From positions 71,096 through 135,095 of the forward strand of contig CACNDL010000003.1 of NCBI GenBank assembly GCA_902619265.1: a stretch of 64,000 nucleotides of DNA, given 5' to 3'. Under the pieces are notes generated by a model. It made no database searches. It saw only the letters and a program-made list of their open reading frames with translations, and was not told the origin of the DNA. Numbering within the stretch: position 1 is the stretch's first letter; every line of letters begins with the position of its first letter. Both the position numbers and the translations under genes were made by a program. Positions 29,518 to 39,644 of this stretch are shown piece after piece. This DNA is from an uncultured SAR86 cluster bacterium. GTDB taxonomy: Bacteria; Pseudomonadota; Gammaproteobacteria; Magnimaribacterales; TMED112.

Positions 29518-30155
29518 ATCCTCTCTATCAATATATTATCTATGCCATTTTAGCTTTAGTTATTATTGGCATAATTTCTTATAAACTTTATAAAATTTAT
29601 CAAGAAAGAGGGGAAATAAAGCTTTCTAAAGAATTAGGGGAAAATTTTAAGTTTTTTAATAAAGAATCTAAAAAAGTCGATGTAGAGCAAGAAGTAAATG
29701 AAATCAGAACTCCCAAACAAGCTGAACTCAATCTAATAGACGAAAATGAAGGAAAGTTTATTGTTTTATATCTTGCAGCCCAACTTGAAAATAAACCAGA
29801 GCTCGATCTTATTAAGCAAAAATTAGCTGTTAATGATCTGATATTTAAAGATGGATATTTTGAATCCGAAGACAACTCAAATAATAGAGGTTTTAGAATA
29901 ATAAATCGTGAGCAGCCAGGTGTGTTTGAAGAGAATGAGCCTATATCTTTAATGGCTATAGTTCTGCATCTCAAAGGCCAACGCAACGTGACAAAAACTT
30001 TTGATCAAATGCTTTTAATTGGAAGAAAGATTTCTGAATCGTTCGATATGAAACTATTGGATGATAATTTTAATTCTTTATCTGAGCAAACAATTAGCAA
30101 TTATAGAGATACTGCTAGTAAGGTTGATTTGAAAACAGGTTCGTATGTCAGTTAA
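29514..30155 (+). CDS. zipA: Cell division protein ZipA (short form)
   Basis: N-terminal TM helix (YIIYAILALVIIGIISY), charged linker, then a C-terminal globular domain. Lies between smc and ligA. TTG start overlaps the smc stop. Confidence 0.7.
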   Translation: MNPLYQYIIYAILALVIIGIISYKLYKIYQERGEIKLSKELGENFKFFNKESKKVDVEQEVNEIRTPKQAELNLIDENEGKFIVLYLAAQLENKPELDLIKQKLAVNDLIFKDGYFESEDNSNNRGFRIINREQPGVFEENEPISLMAIVLHLKGQRNVTKTFDQMLLIGRKISESFDMKLLDDNFNSLSEQTISNYRDTASKVDLKTGSYVS

Positions 30156-32121
30156 GGATGAAATCAACAAGCTTAAAAAAGAAATTGAGAGACATAATTT
30201 CTTATACCACTCAGAAAATAATCCAGAAATTAGTGACGCCGAGTATGATGCTCTTTATCAGAGATTAAAGTCATTAGAATCTGATCAGGTTGTAAGTGAA
30301 GATTCACCAACAAAAACTGTTGGAGCAAAACCATCAAAAGGTTTTGAAAAACACACACATCTGAAGCCAATGCTTTCTTTATCCAATGTTTTTAATGACG
30401 AAGAGTTCAATAAATTTGAAGAACGAATCTTAAAAAGAATTCAAGTTGATAAAGTTATCTATGCAGTTGAACTAAAGTTTGATGGCATAGGTATCTCCTT
30501 GACTTACGAAGAAGGAATTTTGACAAAAGCAGTAACAAGAGGTGATGGAGAAATAGGAGAAGTCGTAACAGAAAACATAAAAACAATTTCCAAAATCCCT
30601 CATAAAATCACTTTTAATGCGCCAAAAATTATAGAATTGCGGGGTGAAATATTCTTCAATTTAGACGATTTTGATTCAATTAATCAAAGCTTACAAAAAA
30701 GTGGAGGAAAAGCTTTTATAAATCCTAGAAATGCTGCAGCAGGTACATTAAGAAATTTAGACATTGATATTGTTAGACAAAGACCACTCAATATTTTTCT
30801 ATATGCTTTAGGTGGATGCTCAGATGATTTTAATATTACAAGCCATCAAGATTTTATAGCTTTTTTAGAAAAGAATAATTTGCCAAACAATGAATTGGTA
30901 ACATTTGGTGATGCGACGTCAGCATCAAATGCGGTAAAGAAAATTTTAGACTCTAGAGATAAATTAAATTATGAGATTGATGGCGCTGTTGTAAAAGTGA
31001 ACGATATTAATCTTCAGGAAAAATTAGGTTTTGTCTCAAAGGCACCGAGATGGGCGGTCGCATGGAAATTCCCTGCTTCTGAAAAATTTTCTAAAGTGAA
31101 TGATATTTTATTTTCTGTGGGGCGAACCGGTATAGTGACACCTTATGCGACTATCGAACCAGTTCTTATATCAGGAGCAAACATTTCAAATGTGACTTTA
31201 CATAATTTAGATGAACTAAAAAGATTAGATATTAAAGTAAATGACACTGTATTAGTTAAAAGAGCAGGGGATGTTATACCTCAGATTACAAAAGTTAATT
31301 TTGATGCTAGAGATGGCTCTGAAAATCCAGTGAAGGTGCCTGAATTTTGCCCTTCATGTGGTAACAAACTAAAAGAAGAAGGCCCATTTCTTCGATGCGA
31401 TGCAGGCATGAAGTGTCCTGCACAATTGTTTGGTTATTTTGAGCATTTCGTTTCAAGGAAGGCAATGAATATTGATGGTTTGGGCTACAAAATAAATACT
31501 CATTTAATAAACCTTGGTTATGTAAAAAAAGTTGCAGACCTATTCAAATTAAAACAGCACGAATCCGAATTAAAAAATCTTGAAGGTTTCGGAGAAAAAT
31601 CAATTGATAATCTCTTTGCAAGTATAGATGACGCAAGAAAACCTAAGTTAGAAACATTTATAAATGCTCTTGGTATCCCTGAAGTGGGAGAAACTACCGC
31701 ATCATCTTTAGCCCGACATTTTAAAGAATTTGAAAAACTCAGAAGTGCAACATTTGAAGATCTTATGCAGCTTGATAGCATTGGTAATGTAGTAGCAAAA
31801 AATATAATTGAATTTTTTATTAATGATCCAGTTGGCATAGATGAGCTTTTAGATCAGATTGAAATTGAAAATTTTGTTGCTTCAGCTGACAGCCATCTTG
31901 ATGGTGTAAGAATTGTAATTACTGGATCTTTTTCAGAATTCAGCAGAGATGAATTAAAAGATATTATCAAATCTAAAGGTGGTGTCCCATCTAGCAGTGT
32001 AAGCTCAAACACAAATTATCTTCTTTATGGTGAAAAAGCTGGTTCTAAGTATAAGAAAGCTGTGGAACTTGGCGTAGAATTGGTAGACGAGACAAAAATA
32101 AAAGACTTTTTAAAAATATGA
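30145..32121 (+). CDS. ligA: NAD-dependent DNA ligase
   Basis: Adenylation motif ELKFDGIGISL (KxDG). Cys4 zinc finger CPSCGNKL...CDAGMKCPAQ. HhH region. C-terminal BRCT (GVRIVITGSF...). Confidence 0.95.
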   Translation: MSVKDEINKLKKEIERHNFLYHSENNPEISDAEYDALYQRLKSLESDQVVSEDSPTKTVGAKPSKGFEKHTHLKPMLSLSNVFNDEEFNKFEERILKRIQVDKVIYAVELKFDGIGISLTYEEGILTKAVTRGDGEIGEVVTENIKTISKIPHKITFNAPKIIELRGEIFFNLDDFDSINQSLQKSGGKAFINPRNAAAGTLRNLDIDIVRQRPLNIFLYALGGCSDDFNITSHQDFIAFLEKNNLPNNELVTFGDATSASNAVKKILDSRDKLNYEIDGAVVKVNDINLQEKLGFVSKAPRWAVAWKFPASEKFSKVNDILFSVGRTGIVTPYATIEPVLISGANISNVTLHNLDELKRLDIKVNDTVLVKRAGDVIPQITKVNFDARDGSENPVKVPEFCPSCGNKLKEEGPFLRCDAGMKCPAQLFGYFEHFVSRKAMNIDGLGYKINTHLINLGYVKKVADLFKLKQHESELKNLEGFGEKSIDNLFASIDDARKPKLETFINALGIPEVGETTASSLARHFKEFEKLRSATFEDLMQLDSIGNVVAKNIIEFFINDPVGIDELLDQIEIENFVASADSHLDGVRIVITGSFSEFSRDELKDIIKSKGGVPSSSVSSNTNYLLYGEKAGSKYKKAVELGVELVDETKIKDFLKI

Positions 32122-32714
32122 AAAAAACAATAATATTTTTTACCTTTTTAGCTGTTACTTCATGTGCAAATAGCATCCCTTCCAATCAAGATGATATTTG
32201 TGACATCTTGAATGAAAACCCTAGATGGCAAAATTCTTTGTTAAACGCTAAGCAAAAATGGAATGCTGATCCTAGTACTGTGATGGCAATAATTAGACAA
32301 GAATCTTCCTTTGATTCCAATGCAGCTCCGGATCGGGAAAAAATACTAGGTTTTATTCCTTGGAAAAGGCCAACATCAGCGAAAGGTTACTCTCAAGCAA
32401 TTGAAGGCACATGGGAGGAATATCAAAAAGAAACAGGTCAAAACAGAGCCAACAGATCAAATTTTGATAGTTCAGTTGATTTTATTGGTTGGTATTTATC
32501 AAAAGCATCCTCATTAAGGATTAGAAATTATGAAGTAGACAAACTTTATTTGGCTTATCATGAAGGCTACGGAGGCTATAAGAGACGAAGCTATAAAGAT
32601 AAAGATTGGCTGATCGATGTTGCTAAAAAGGTCAAATATAATGCTGTGAGGTATGAAAGACAATTAAAAAATTGCCCGCTCAAAGAAAAAAGAGGTTTTT
32701 GGGATATTTTTTAA
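32118..32714 (+). CDS. Lytic transglycosylase (SLT-like) domain lipoprotein
   Basis: Lipobox AVTSC. Catalytic-Glu context AIIRQESSFDSNA. GYSQAIEGTW further on. Confidence 0.7.
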   Translation: MKKTIIFFTFLAVTSCANSIPSNQDDICDILNENPRWQNSLLNAKQKWNADPSTVMAIIRQESSFDSNAAPDREKILGFIPWKRPTSAKGYSQAIEGTWEEYQKETGQNRANRSNFDSSVDFIGWYLSKASSLRIRNYEVDKLYLAYHEGYGGYKRRSYKDKDWLIDVAKKVKYNAVRYERQLKNCPLKEKRGFWDIF

Positions 32715-35593
32715 ATTCTTTTAATTAGGAAACCGTTTTCTTGAGCAGTTTTTTCTAAGTTTGGGTTAATAATTGAAAAGACACTGTACGGTTTTGATTT
32801 CAAGTTATTAGCTGCTTCAACTAAATCATCCTTCGTTACAGAGAAAATATTTTTTCTATATTCTTCGCGCATTTTTTGCGTTTTATCTTCACTTGATAAC
32901 CTGTAATCTTTAAATGCTTCGCCTGCAGGGGAAGCGGGCTTGTCAATATCCGATAAAACTGAAAGTTTACTTTCTAAAATCATATTCTCATCAAAACTTC
33001 CTAAAGCCGCCCAGCTTATTGCACTCTGAAAATCTTCAATTGTTTCTAGAAACCTAGGGTCGCGGTAAGAGAAAAATTTGAATGTACCTGAGAATGGGTC
33101 ATACGAGGCACCTCCTCCATAAGCACCACCTTGTTCTCTAACTCTTTTGTGAAGAAATTCGTTTCTCATCAAACTAGACAATAGAATGTACTTTGGTGAT
33201 TCCTTTACATCGTAAATTGGTGCATCTAATGACATTGCCGAAAAATTCACTTGTGTATTTATTGGAAAGACAATCTTGTTAAATGTTTTATTAAAGTTGA
33301 TATCAACTTTTGAATCTCCATCTTTCTTAAAATTAATGTCTCTTATCAAATTGATTTGATCTTTAGTTAATTTTTTATTTGAGACAAAAAGCAATTCACT
33401 TTTCATAGATTCTAGTTTTTTATGCATAGTCTCAACTTTTTCGATTTGTTTTTTCATTGAATCATCTTGGCTTGCTACAAATGGAGCAAATTTAGAGATT
33501 GCACTTAAACCACCCATCGATTCTTGGAGATATGAAAGCTGGTTATGTGATGAACTAGCACCTAACATTGCGAATCTGTGGCCATTTTCAACAATGGACT
33601 GTTGAAAACCCATAAAATTTTGAAACATTAACTCTCTAATTCTCTCATGAAGATCAAAATTGGTTTTATTAAATATTTCAAAAATAAGCTTAGTGGTGTC
33701 AACAGTATTTTCTGGCAGGAATTTAGCAGATAAAGTCATTTTGCCCTTAAGCTCTTGATTCTTGTCATAGAAAAAATGATTAGAGGCCGATATACCCCCA
33801 GATATTCTTGAAATTTCTTGTTGTAATTTAATGTGGTCCCTATCTCCCGCAGCAACTTTACCTAACAGAGCCGATAGGATCATTAGGCTATCTAGTTCAT
33901 CTTGTGATTCAACCACTAATTCTTTGGAAACAAGATTGTAGGTAAGTCCATTCGTTGGTTGTTGATAAAAGATTGGTGAATAGCCAAATGTTGTTAATTT
34001 TTTGGTCTTCGGAAAATCGATGTTCTTAGGCACATCATTTAGTTCAAGTTTTGGCAGCACATCTTTATTTGGAACAGCATTTTGTCTATCAGCTAAATTT
34101 TTTGACTGGTTCACTAAATCGAGCTTTTCTTTGCTACTCATCGAGGACTTAATATTTTCTAAAATTTTCTTTAGTTCTCCCTCTTTTTTATTTATCAGAT
34201 CTGTATCAGGTGTCATTTCAAGACTCACTTTGTGATTGTTTGAGATGAAAAATTTCTTAACAAGATCAGTTAAAAAATCTTTTTCTTTGACGTTTTCTTT
34301 TAAGGTTTTCAATGCCTCATCTACATTAGACAGCTCCAATGGATTTGCTTTATAAAGTGAACCTGGTGCCATTGATAGAAGGATCTGCAAACCATAAGGC
34401 AATGATGCTGCAGAAATCTCTCTTCTGTTCAGTTCTAGTTGATATAAAGCAGATGAAACTTGTTCTTCTGAAAAGCCTTTTTTCACAATTTCTTTAAAAG
34501 TCTTTTCTAATAATTTTTCAAATTTTGGTTGGCTGTTTGCTTCAGTTCCTTCTATTCCACATATAAATACTAGGTGTCTCATGCTGTCCTCTAAACCTAG
34601 TATTTGAGCAGGTGACTTACCAATGTCATTTGATTCCAATGCTCCATAAAGAGGCGATGAAGAGTTATCCATCAGTAACAAAGAAATTAAATGAGCTTCA
34701 AGTAATTGATCAATATCGAAGCTTTCACCCAACACCCAAGCAGCATAATTTTGGTGTCCTGATTGTTCTTGTGAGACTGGATTGAAGGATTCTGTGGCAT
34801 TTACAGGTTTTGAAAATGGTTTTTGTTGTTTGACAATCTCAATATTTTTTTCGTCAACTTTTTTAAATTTTTTGGATAATTTTTTGTCGATAAATGACTG
34901 AATCTCTTTTGCATCAACATCACCCCATGTGAAATATGTTGCATTTGAAGGATGATAATATTTCTTATGAAAGTCTTTTAAATATTTGTGTGTCAAGTTG
35001 GTAATATCCTTAGGTTCTCCACCACTATTATGTCTGTAAGTAAGATCTGGAAATAAGTTTTTCGTCAAAGCTTGCCAAGTCGTATTGGTAATATTGCTCA
35101 TTGATCCCTTCATTTCATTGAACACCACACCTTTGTACTCTAAATCAGTACTGCTCTTATCAAATTTGGAAAATTCAAGCCTGTGGCCTTCCTGCATAAA
35201 ATCCTCTTCTTCCAATAACGGAAAATAAGCTGCATCCAAATATACGTCTAATAAGTTAAAAAAGTCTTTTTTGCTTTGAGTTGCAAATGGATAAGCAGTC
35301 CAATCGCTTGCTGTGAAAGCATTCATAAATGTACTCATTGATCTTCTCAGCATCATAAAGAATGGATCTCGAACTTTAAATTTTTCAGATCCACATAATG
35401 TGGTATGTTCTAGAATATGAGCAACTCCTGTAGAATCTTCAGGAATGGTTCTAAACATGACCATAAAGACAAGCTCTTTTGAATTATTCTTTAGATGAAT
35501 ATGTTCAGAATTATATTCATCGAGCAAATATCTTTCGGCTTCAAACCCTAAAGATGGATTATTTTTCTTATCTAAAAGTTTATAACTATTCAT
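32711..35593 (-). CDS. Peptidase M16 family, PreP-like (M16C) large metalloprotease
   Basis: 960 aa. Inverted zinc motif HILEHTTLCGS (HxxEH) near the N-terminus. Confidence 0.85.
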   Translation of the reverse strand: MNSYKLLDKKNNPSLGFEAERYLLDEYNSEHIHLKNNSKELVFMVMFRTIPEDSTGVAHILEHTTLCGSEKFKVRDPFFMMLRRSMSTFMNAFTASDWTAYPFATQSKKDFFNLLDVYLDAAYFPLLEEEDFMQEGHRLEFSKFDKSSTDLEYKGVVFNEMKGSMSNITNTTWQALTKNLFPDLTYRHNSGGEPKDITNLTHKYLKDFHKKYYHPSNATYFTWGDVDAKEIQSFIDKKLSKKFKKVDEKNIEIVKQQKPFSKPVNATESFNPVSQEQSGHQNYAAWVLGESFDIDQLLEAHLISLLLMDNSSSPLYGALESNDIGKSPAQILGLEDSMRHLVFICGIEGTEANSQPKFEKLLEKTFKEIVKKGFSEEQVSSALYQLELNRREISAASLPYGLQILLSMAPGSLYKANPLELSNVDEALKTLKENVKEKDFLTDLVKKFFISNNHKVSLEMTPDTDLINKKEGELKKILENIKSSMSSKEKLDLVNQSKNLADRQNAVPNKDVLPKLELNDVPKNIDFPKTKKLTTFGYSPIFYQQPTNGLTYNLVSKELVVESQDELDSLMILSALLGKVAAGDRDHIKLQQEISRISGGISASNHFFYDKNQELKGKMTLSAKFLPENTVDTTKLIFEIFNKTNFDLHERIRELMFQNFMGFQQSIVENGHRFAMLGASSSHNQLSYLQESMGGLSAISKFAPFVASQDDSMKKQIEKVETMHKKLESMKSELLFVSNKKLTKDQINLIRDINFKKDGDSKVDINFNKTFNKIVFPINTQVNFSAMSLDAPIYDVKESPKYILLSSLMRNEFLHKRVREQGGAYGGGASYDPFSGTFKFFSYRDPRFLETIEDFQSAISWAALGSFDENMILESKLSVLSDIDKPASPAGEAFKDYRLSSEDKTQKMREEYRKNIFSVTKDDLVEAANNLKSKPYSVFSIINPNLEKTAQENGFLIKRI

Positions 35594-35646
35594 GGTTGAA
35601 AAATTTCAATTGAACTAATATATATAATTTAGGTCATAAATAAAGT

Positions 35647-36156
35647 ATGTATAAAAAAATTTTAGCACTTCTATCATTAATAGTGATTGTTGGATGTAGT
35701 TCCAACCCTGTAAGCGTAGAAAAGGTCAGTACTTTTAATCTGCAAGACTTTGATAGTTTTGTTGTCGTAATATCCGATAAAAGCGAAGAGGTTAAAGTAA
35801 GTCCTTTTACTAATGCTGGTTTTAAGAAAGAGTTCAGTGAGCAATTACAGAATCTTGGGCTGACAGAGAATCTTGATAATCCTGATTTTAAAGCCGTGAT
35901 TTCACTATCGGTAGAAAAGAAAAATAAGAGAAGAAGTGCCAGAAGATATCCGTATTACTATTACGACCCGTTTTATGATGATGCTATGTATCAAGGAGAT
36001 AGATCTATCTTGAGGTTGACTCTCTATGATGTAGAAAACGGTGATCCATTATGGACTGGAATAAGATCAACTCAATACGTTGATAAAGAGCTTAGACTGA
36101 ATCAAGAGCAAATCTCAAAATACGTGCAAAGTTTCTTATCCGAACTCGTAAATTAG
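35647..36156 (+). CDS. Small lipoprotein (DUF4136-like)
   Basis: Lipobox IVGCSS. 169 aa. The family call comes from overall resemblance only. Confidence 0.45.
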   Translation: MYKKILALLSLIVIVGCSSNPVSVEKVSTFNLQDFDSFVVVISDKSEEVKVSPFTNAGFKKEFSEQLQNLGLTENLDNPDFKAVISLSVEKKNKRRSARRYPYYYYDPFYDDAMYQGDRSILRLTLYDVENGDPLWTGIRSTQYVDKELRLNQEQISKYVQSFLSELVN

Positions 36157-36734
36157 GGCACCAGCCAAGTACTACTAAGTTTTCCTTTAGCACCCCAGAC
36201 AAATTTACACCTTCTATGCCCTTGTCTTTGTAAATAAAGGAACTCTAGGGTGTGATAGGCGACTTCTATGGTACAAAAGTTAGCATATCCATCCTCGAGC
36301 TTGATATCTTTGATGTGAAAGTCATAAATTTCTGGTTTCTTAGCTTTTTGGCTTGACCCATCTTTTACTGAATAGCATTTCTTTGAGATTGCTTGAGATT
36401 CATTCCAAGCCTTTAAGCTTTTTTTATTTAGATGATTTATTGTAGACCTGCCGATTAACCTTATTTGAGTTTTTAAAGCTGGATCATATCCGATGATCGA
36501 TGTTTTTGGATTATCAATGAGTTCTTGGACCTTATCAGAGCGAAAATCAGAGTGAAATCTAATTGTTCTTTGGGAAGCATTATGATCACGAAGCACCATT
36601 ACCCTCGAAGAAATATTCTGATCTGCAAAAGTACTAATAATTGGAGTGTGAAACAAAGATTCTCTGTTTTTGACAGCATCTTTCAGCAAAAAATTTGCTC
36701 TTTTAAGTATTTCACTCTTATTGTTGTAGTTCAT
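36153..36734 (-). CDS. Pyridoxamine 5'-phosphate oxidase-like FMN-binding protein (not PdxH proper)
   Basis: 193 aa with split-barrel-type sequence (RVMVLRDHN...IRFHSDFRSDKVQEL...TQIRLIGR). Confidence 0.55.
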   Translation of the reverse strand: MNYNNKSEILKRANFLLKDAVKNRESLFHTPIISTFADQNISSRVMVLRDHNASQRTIRFHSDFRSDKVQELIDNPKTSIIGYDPALKTQIRLIGRSTINHLNKKSLKAWNESQAISKKCYSVKDGSSQKAKKPEIYDFHIKDIKLEDGYANFCTIEVAYHTLEFLYLQRQGHRRCKFVWGAKGKLSSTWLVP

Positions 36735-36792
36735 ATCACCAGTCTAATCTAAGTTTATTCACAAGAGTAATTTTTGCTTTAGAATACTACTT

Positions 36793-37449
36793 ATGAGTCA
36801 GCCTACAAGAATACCGCCAAGACGAAAATCGAAGGGCGATGGCCAATTTATGTTCAGTGCCTTACTGATAGTAATTGTTATTGCCTGTCTTTTAGGCATG
36901 TATTTCTATATTGAGGAGCAAAAAAATTCCAATAGTGAAGCTCTAGCAGCAGTTGGTGAAAAAATTGAGGTTATAGAAGGAAAACTCTCGATTACTAATG
37001 AGGATTCTGAACAAAATATGGAGACCATGACTGATCAAATAGCTTTTTTAGATAAAGAGGTGAGAAAACTTTGGGGCCACAGAAAGGGTTATCTTGATAA
37101 CTTTAAAAAACAAGAAACTAAGTCTTCACAAAATGAAAAGAATTTGCGAACTCTAAAAGCAGTTTCGACTGGACTAGAGGATCAGCTGTCCTCTATTAAT
37201 CAAAAAATTCAATTAGCAGAAGATTTACAATTAAAAATTACTCTGCTTACCAACGAGTTAAATAAACAAAAACAAGTAATAGAAACCAATCAGTCATCTA
37301 TTGATGCTGTCGATTCTTATAGGATTCAAAATAATCAAAAAGTTGCCGATGTCTTAAATAGGCTTAATGGTTTAACAAGAGATTTGCAGGCAATTGAAAC
37401 TGAACTCAAAGCAATAAAGGAGGAGGGGAGTAATGAACAGTCTCCTTAA
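36793..37449 (+). CDS. Membrane-anchored coiled-coil protein, unknown function
   Basis: Basic N-terminus, one TM helix (FMFSALLIVIVIACLLGMYFY), then ~170 aa of heptad-like Q/E/K/L-rich sequence. Confidence 0.5.
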   Translation: MSQPTRIPPRRKSKGDGQFMFSALLIVIVIACLLGMYFYIEEQKNSNSEALAAVGEKIEVIEGKLSITNEDSEQNMETMTDQIAFLDKEVRKLWGHRKGYLDNFKKQETKSSQNEKNLRTLKAVSTGLEDQLSSINQKIQLAEDLQLKITLLTNELNKQKQVIETNQSSIDAVDSYRIQNNQKVADVLNRLNGLTRDLQAIETELKAIKEEGSNEQSP

Positions 37450-37645
37450 TGAAACTTTTTTTAAGATATTTTTAGTTATTTGTTTAATACCAGTAGCTAT
37501 ATTAGTTGGTAAAGCTTTTCTACTGCTTTCACCAATTCTTTTTTGGGTTCTAGGCTATATGGCATTTAAAAAGGGGAATCAAAACGAAACAATTATGTGG
37601 GTTATTTTTGCCGTTTTGGGTTTAATCCTAGCCTTTGTCATATAG
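37433..37645 (+). CDS. Small two-TM membrane protein, unknown function
   Basis: 70 aa with two hydrophobic helices. Overlaps the preceding gene by 17 nt. Confidence 0.4.
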   Translation: MNSLLNETFFKIFLVICLIPVAILVGKAFLLLSPILFWVLGYMAFKKGNQNETIMWVIFAVLGLILAFVI

Positions 37646-37660
37646 AATAAGCAATCTACC

Positions 37661-37745
37661 GGGGATGTGGTGGAACTGGCAGACACGCTGGATTTAGGTT
37701 CCAGTGCCGTAAGGCGTGGGGGTTCGACTCCCTCCATCCCTACCA
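37661..37745 (+). tRNA. tRNA-Leu (anticodon TAG), long variable arm, encoded CCA
   Basis: Folds by hand. Anticodon stem CTGGA/TCCAG with loop TTTAGGT. T arm GGGGG-TTCGACT-CCCTC. Acceptor GGGGATG/CATCCCT implies a G1-U72 wobble. Confidence 0.85.
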
Positions 37746-37764
37746 ATTTTGTTAAAATAAAATT

Positions 37765-37902
37765 ATGAAAGACGAAGACTTAATGAAATTAAGTGAGCAT
37801 TTTTTTGAGAAGTGTCCAACAGAAGCCAGGAATTTTTTTCACCAAATCCTTGCCAAGCTGGATGAAATTGAAAAAAAGCTTGAGAATTTAGAATCTAAAT
37901 AA
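37765..37902 (+). CDS. Possible 45-aa ORF (MKDEDLMKLSEHFFEKCPTEARNFFHQILAKLDEIEKKLENLESK)
   Basis: Hand-translated; below the ORF-track cutoff. It fills most of the gap between tRNA-Leu and the convergent esterase gene. No homology is recognised. Confidence 0.25.
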   Translation: MKDEDLMKLSEHFFEKCPTEARNFFHQILAKLDEIEKKLENLESK

Positions 37903-37919
37903 GTTGCGAAAATTTTGTA

Positions 37920-38906
37920 CTATTGAGCAATTCTGCCATTGATATCAAACTCTTTTAGAAAATTCCAGATTTCATCAGCAGCAATAATATCGTAATCGTT
38001 TAGATCTGTTGGCCAATCATGGGCTATTTGATCCATAAGGAAGAGCTGAACATCAACATTATTCAAACATCCATGATATCGATAAAGTGAGCCTCCATAA
38101 CCATCGTCATTAAGATCAGGAATAACAAAAACGGTCTCTTGATCACAGCCATTATAGTTTTTCCAATAATCTATCATATCGGTCAGAGGAGTAGAGCGCC
38201 CATTACCATCAATGGGAACAACCGTATCATCTCTTCCATGAATGTGAACTATTGCTGTGGGTTGATTAGGGCTACAAGTTGCATAAGTATTTGGTGTCAT
38301 GGAGCCACCCACAGAAGCTACTCCTGCGATTCTGTAACCTAAATTACAGGCTAAGTGATAGCTCATTTTGCCCCCATTTGATTTGCCTGTGGCATAAACT
38401 CTGCTTAAATCGATTTGATATTCCGCATAAGCCCAATCGATTAAGTTGGAGATAAAGTCTATGTCATTAGCAGGACTTTCACTCGTCCAGCCACTATCAT
38501 TCCAATGGGGTTGGCCTGTGCTTGGCAGAATAGAGCCTTGCGGATAAATTACAATAAAATCATCAGTATCAGCCAAAGATTGAAATCCTGAATAACCTAA
38601 AAAATCAAGGGCTTGTCTTCTATAACCATGCAGATTGAATAACAATGGTGCGAGTGTAATAGGAGTATTTAAACCATCTGGAACATAGATATAGAACTCT
38701 CTATTAAGATCAAGATGCTGTACGGTACAGTATTTTAAATTGGGGTAGTCTGTTGTTGAACAGCTAGGAGCGTTATTCACTGGTGGAGGTGTAACTATTG
38801 GAGTTATAATTTCTTCTGAAGTTCCGCCACTTCCTCCGCCACAGCCTGCCAATAAAATAAATGACATCATTGATAATGTTTTAGATATTTTGATGATTTG
38901 TTTCAT
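37920..38906 (-). CDS. PHB-depolymerase / LpqC-type esterase family lipoprotein
   Basis: Start taken at the internal Met (38906), giving MKQIIKISKTLSMMSFILLAGC, which contains a lipobox. Alpha/beta-hydrolase features LFNLHGY...VIYPQG and nucleophile elbow GKSNGG. HIHGRDDTVVP further on. Confidence 0.7.
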   Translation of the reverse strand: MKQIIKISKTLSMMSFILLAGCGGGSGGTSEEIITPIVTPPPVNNAPSCSTTDYPNLKYCTVQHLDLNREFYIYVPDGLNTPITLAPLLFNLHGYRRQALDFLGYSGFQSLADTDDFIVIYPQGSILPSTGQPHWNDSGWTSESPANDIDFISNLIDWAYAEYQIDLSRVYATGKSNGGKMSYHLACNLGYRIAGVASVGGSMTPNTYATCSPNQPTAIVHIHGRDDTVVPIDGNGRSTPLTDMIDYWKNYNGCDQETVFVIPDLNDDGYGGSLYRYHGCLNNVDVQLFLMDQIAHDWPTDLNDYDIIAADEIWNFLKEFDINGRIAQ

Positions 38907-38970
38907 AAGAAGAGATTTGATTATAACAATCAATTTGACTGCAATTTAAATATTTACGAGGATATGAATT

Positions 38971-39336
38971 ATGAATAAGTTTTTAAACATACTAACGTAT
39001 GCAATTGGACTTCTTTTTTTATTTAACGGACTTATGTGGCTCATTAGCCCAACAGATATTGCCTCAAGTCTTGGAATGCCATTATTAACTGGTCACGGTT
39101 TAAGCACACAAATCGGAGATTTAGCCAGTTTCTTTTTAGTTGTTGGCATTTTTACATTACTGGGTGCTTATACCAAAAAAACTCATTGGTTATATGCACC
39201 TGCAGCTTTAGTGGGTTTTGCTGCAATATCACGAATTATCGCTTACCTTGCTCATGGTGCTGCTTTATCGACTGATAAAATAGCGGTCGAAGTTATTGTT
39301 ATGGGTATCTTATTGTTCGTTGTGAAGAAAAGTTAG
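38971..39336 (+). CDS. Small integral membrane protein, unknown function
   Basis: 121 aa with four hydrophobic segments. Confidence 0.45.
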   Translation: MNKFLNILTYAIGLLFLFNGLMWLISPTDIASSLGMPLLTGHGLSTQIGDLASFFLVVGIFTLLGAYTKKTHWLYAPAALVGFAAISRIIAYLAHGAALSTDKIAVEVIVMGILLFVVKKS

Positions 39337-39343
39337 ATCCAAG

Positions 39344-39604
39344 TTATTTAGATTTGATCTTATTATTATCATAGGACTGATGCCGACCAACCTTAAAACT
39401 TCTCAAAGATGCATGTTTTGTTTTTCGGCCGCGCACTCTTTTCTTCCATACCAAAAAAGACCCTGAATTTAATTCTTTTTGCATTAGTTTCTTAACGCCA
39501 GCTTGGTCTAAATCAAATTCTTGTTTGATGGCTTCAAAAGGAGTTCTATCCTCCCATGCCATTTCAATGATCCTGGATATTTCTTCTCGATTAAACTTAG
39601 GCAT
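39344..39604 (-). CDS. TIGR03643 / DUF2805 family small protein
   Basis: RIIEMAWEDRTPFEAIKQEFDL...VKKLM...FLVWKKRVRGRKTKH matches the family pattern as I recall it. Confidence 0.65.
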   Translation of the reverse strand: MPKFNREEISRIIEMAWEDRTPFEAIKQEFDLDQAGVKKLMQKELNSGSFLVWKKRVRGRKTKHASLRSFKVGRHQSYDNNKIKSK

Positions 39605-39644
39605 TTGATTGAAATAAAGTATTTTCTCTCATATATATAACTAT

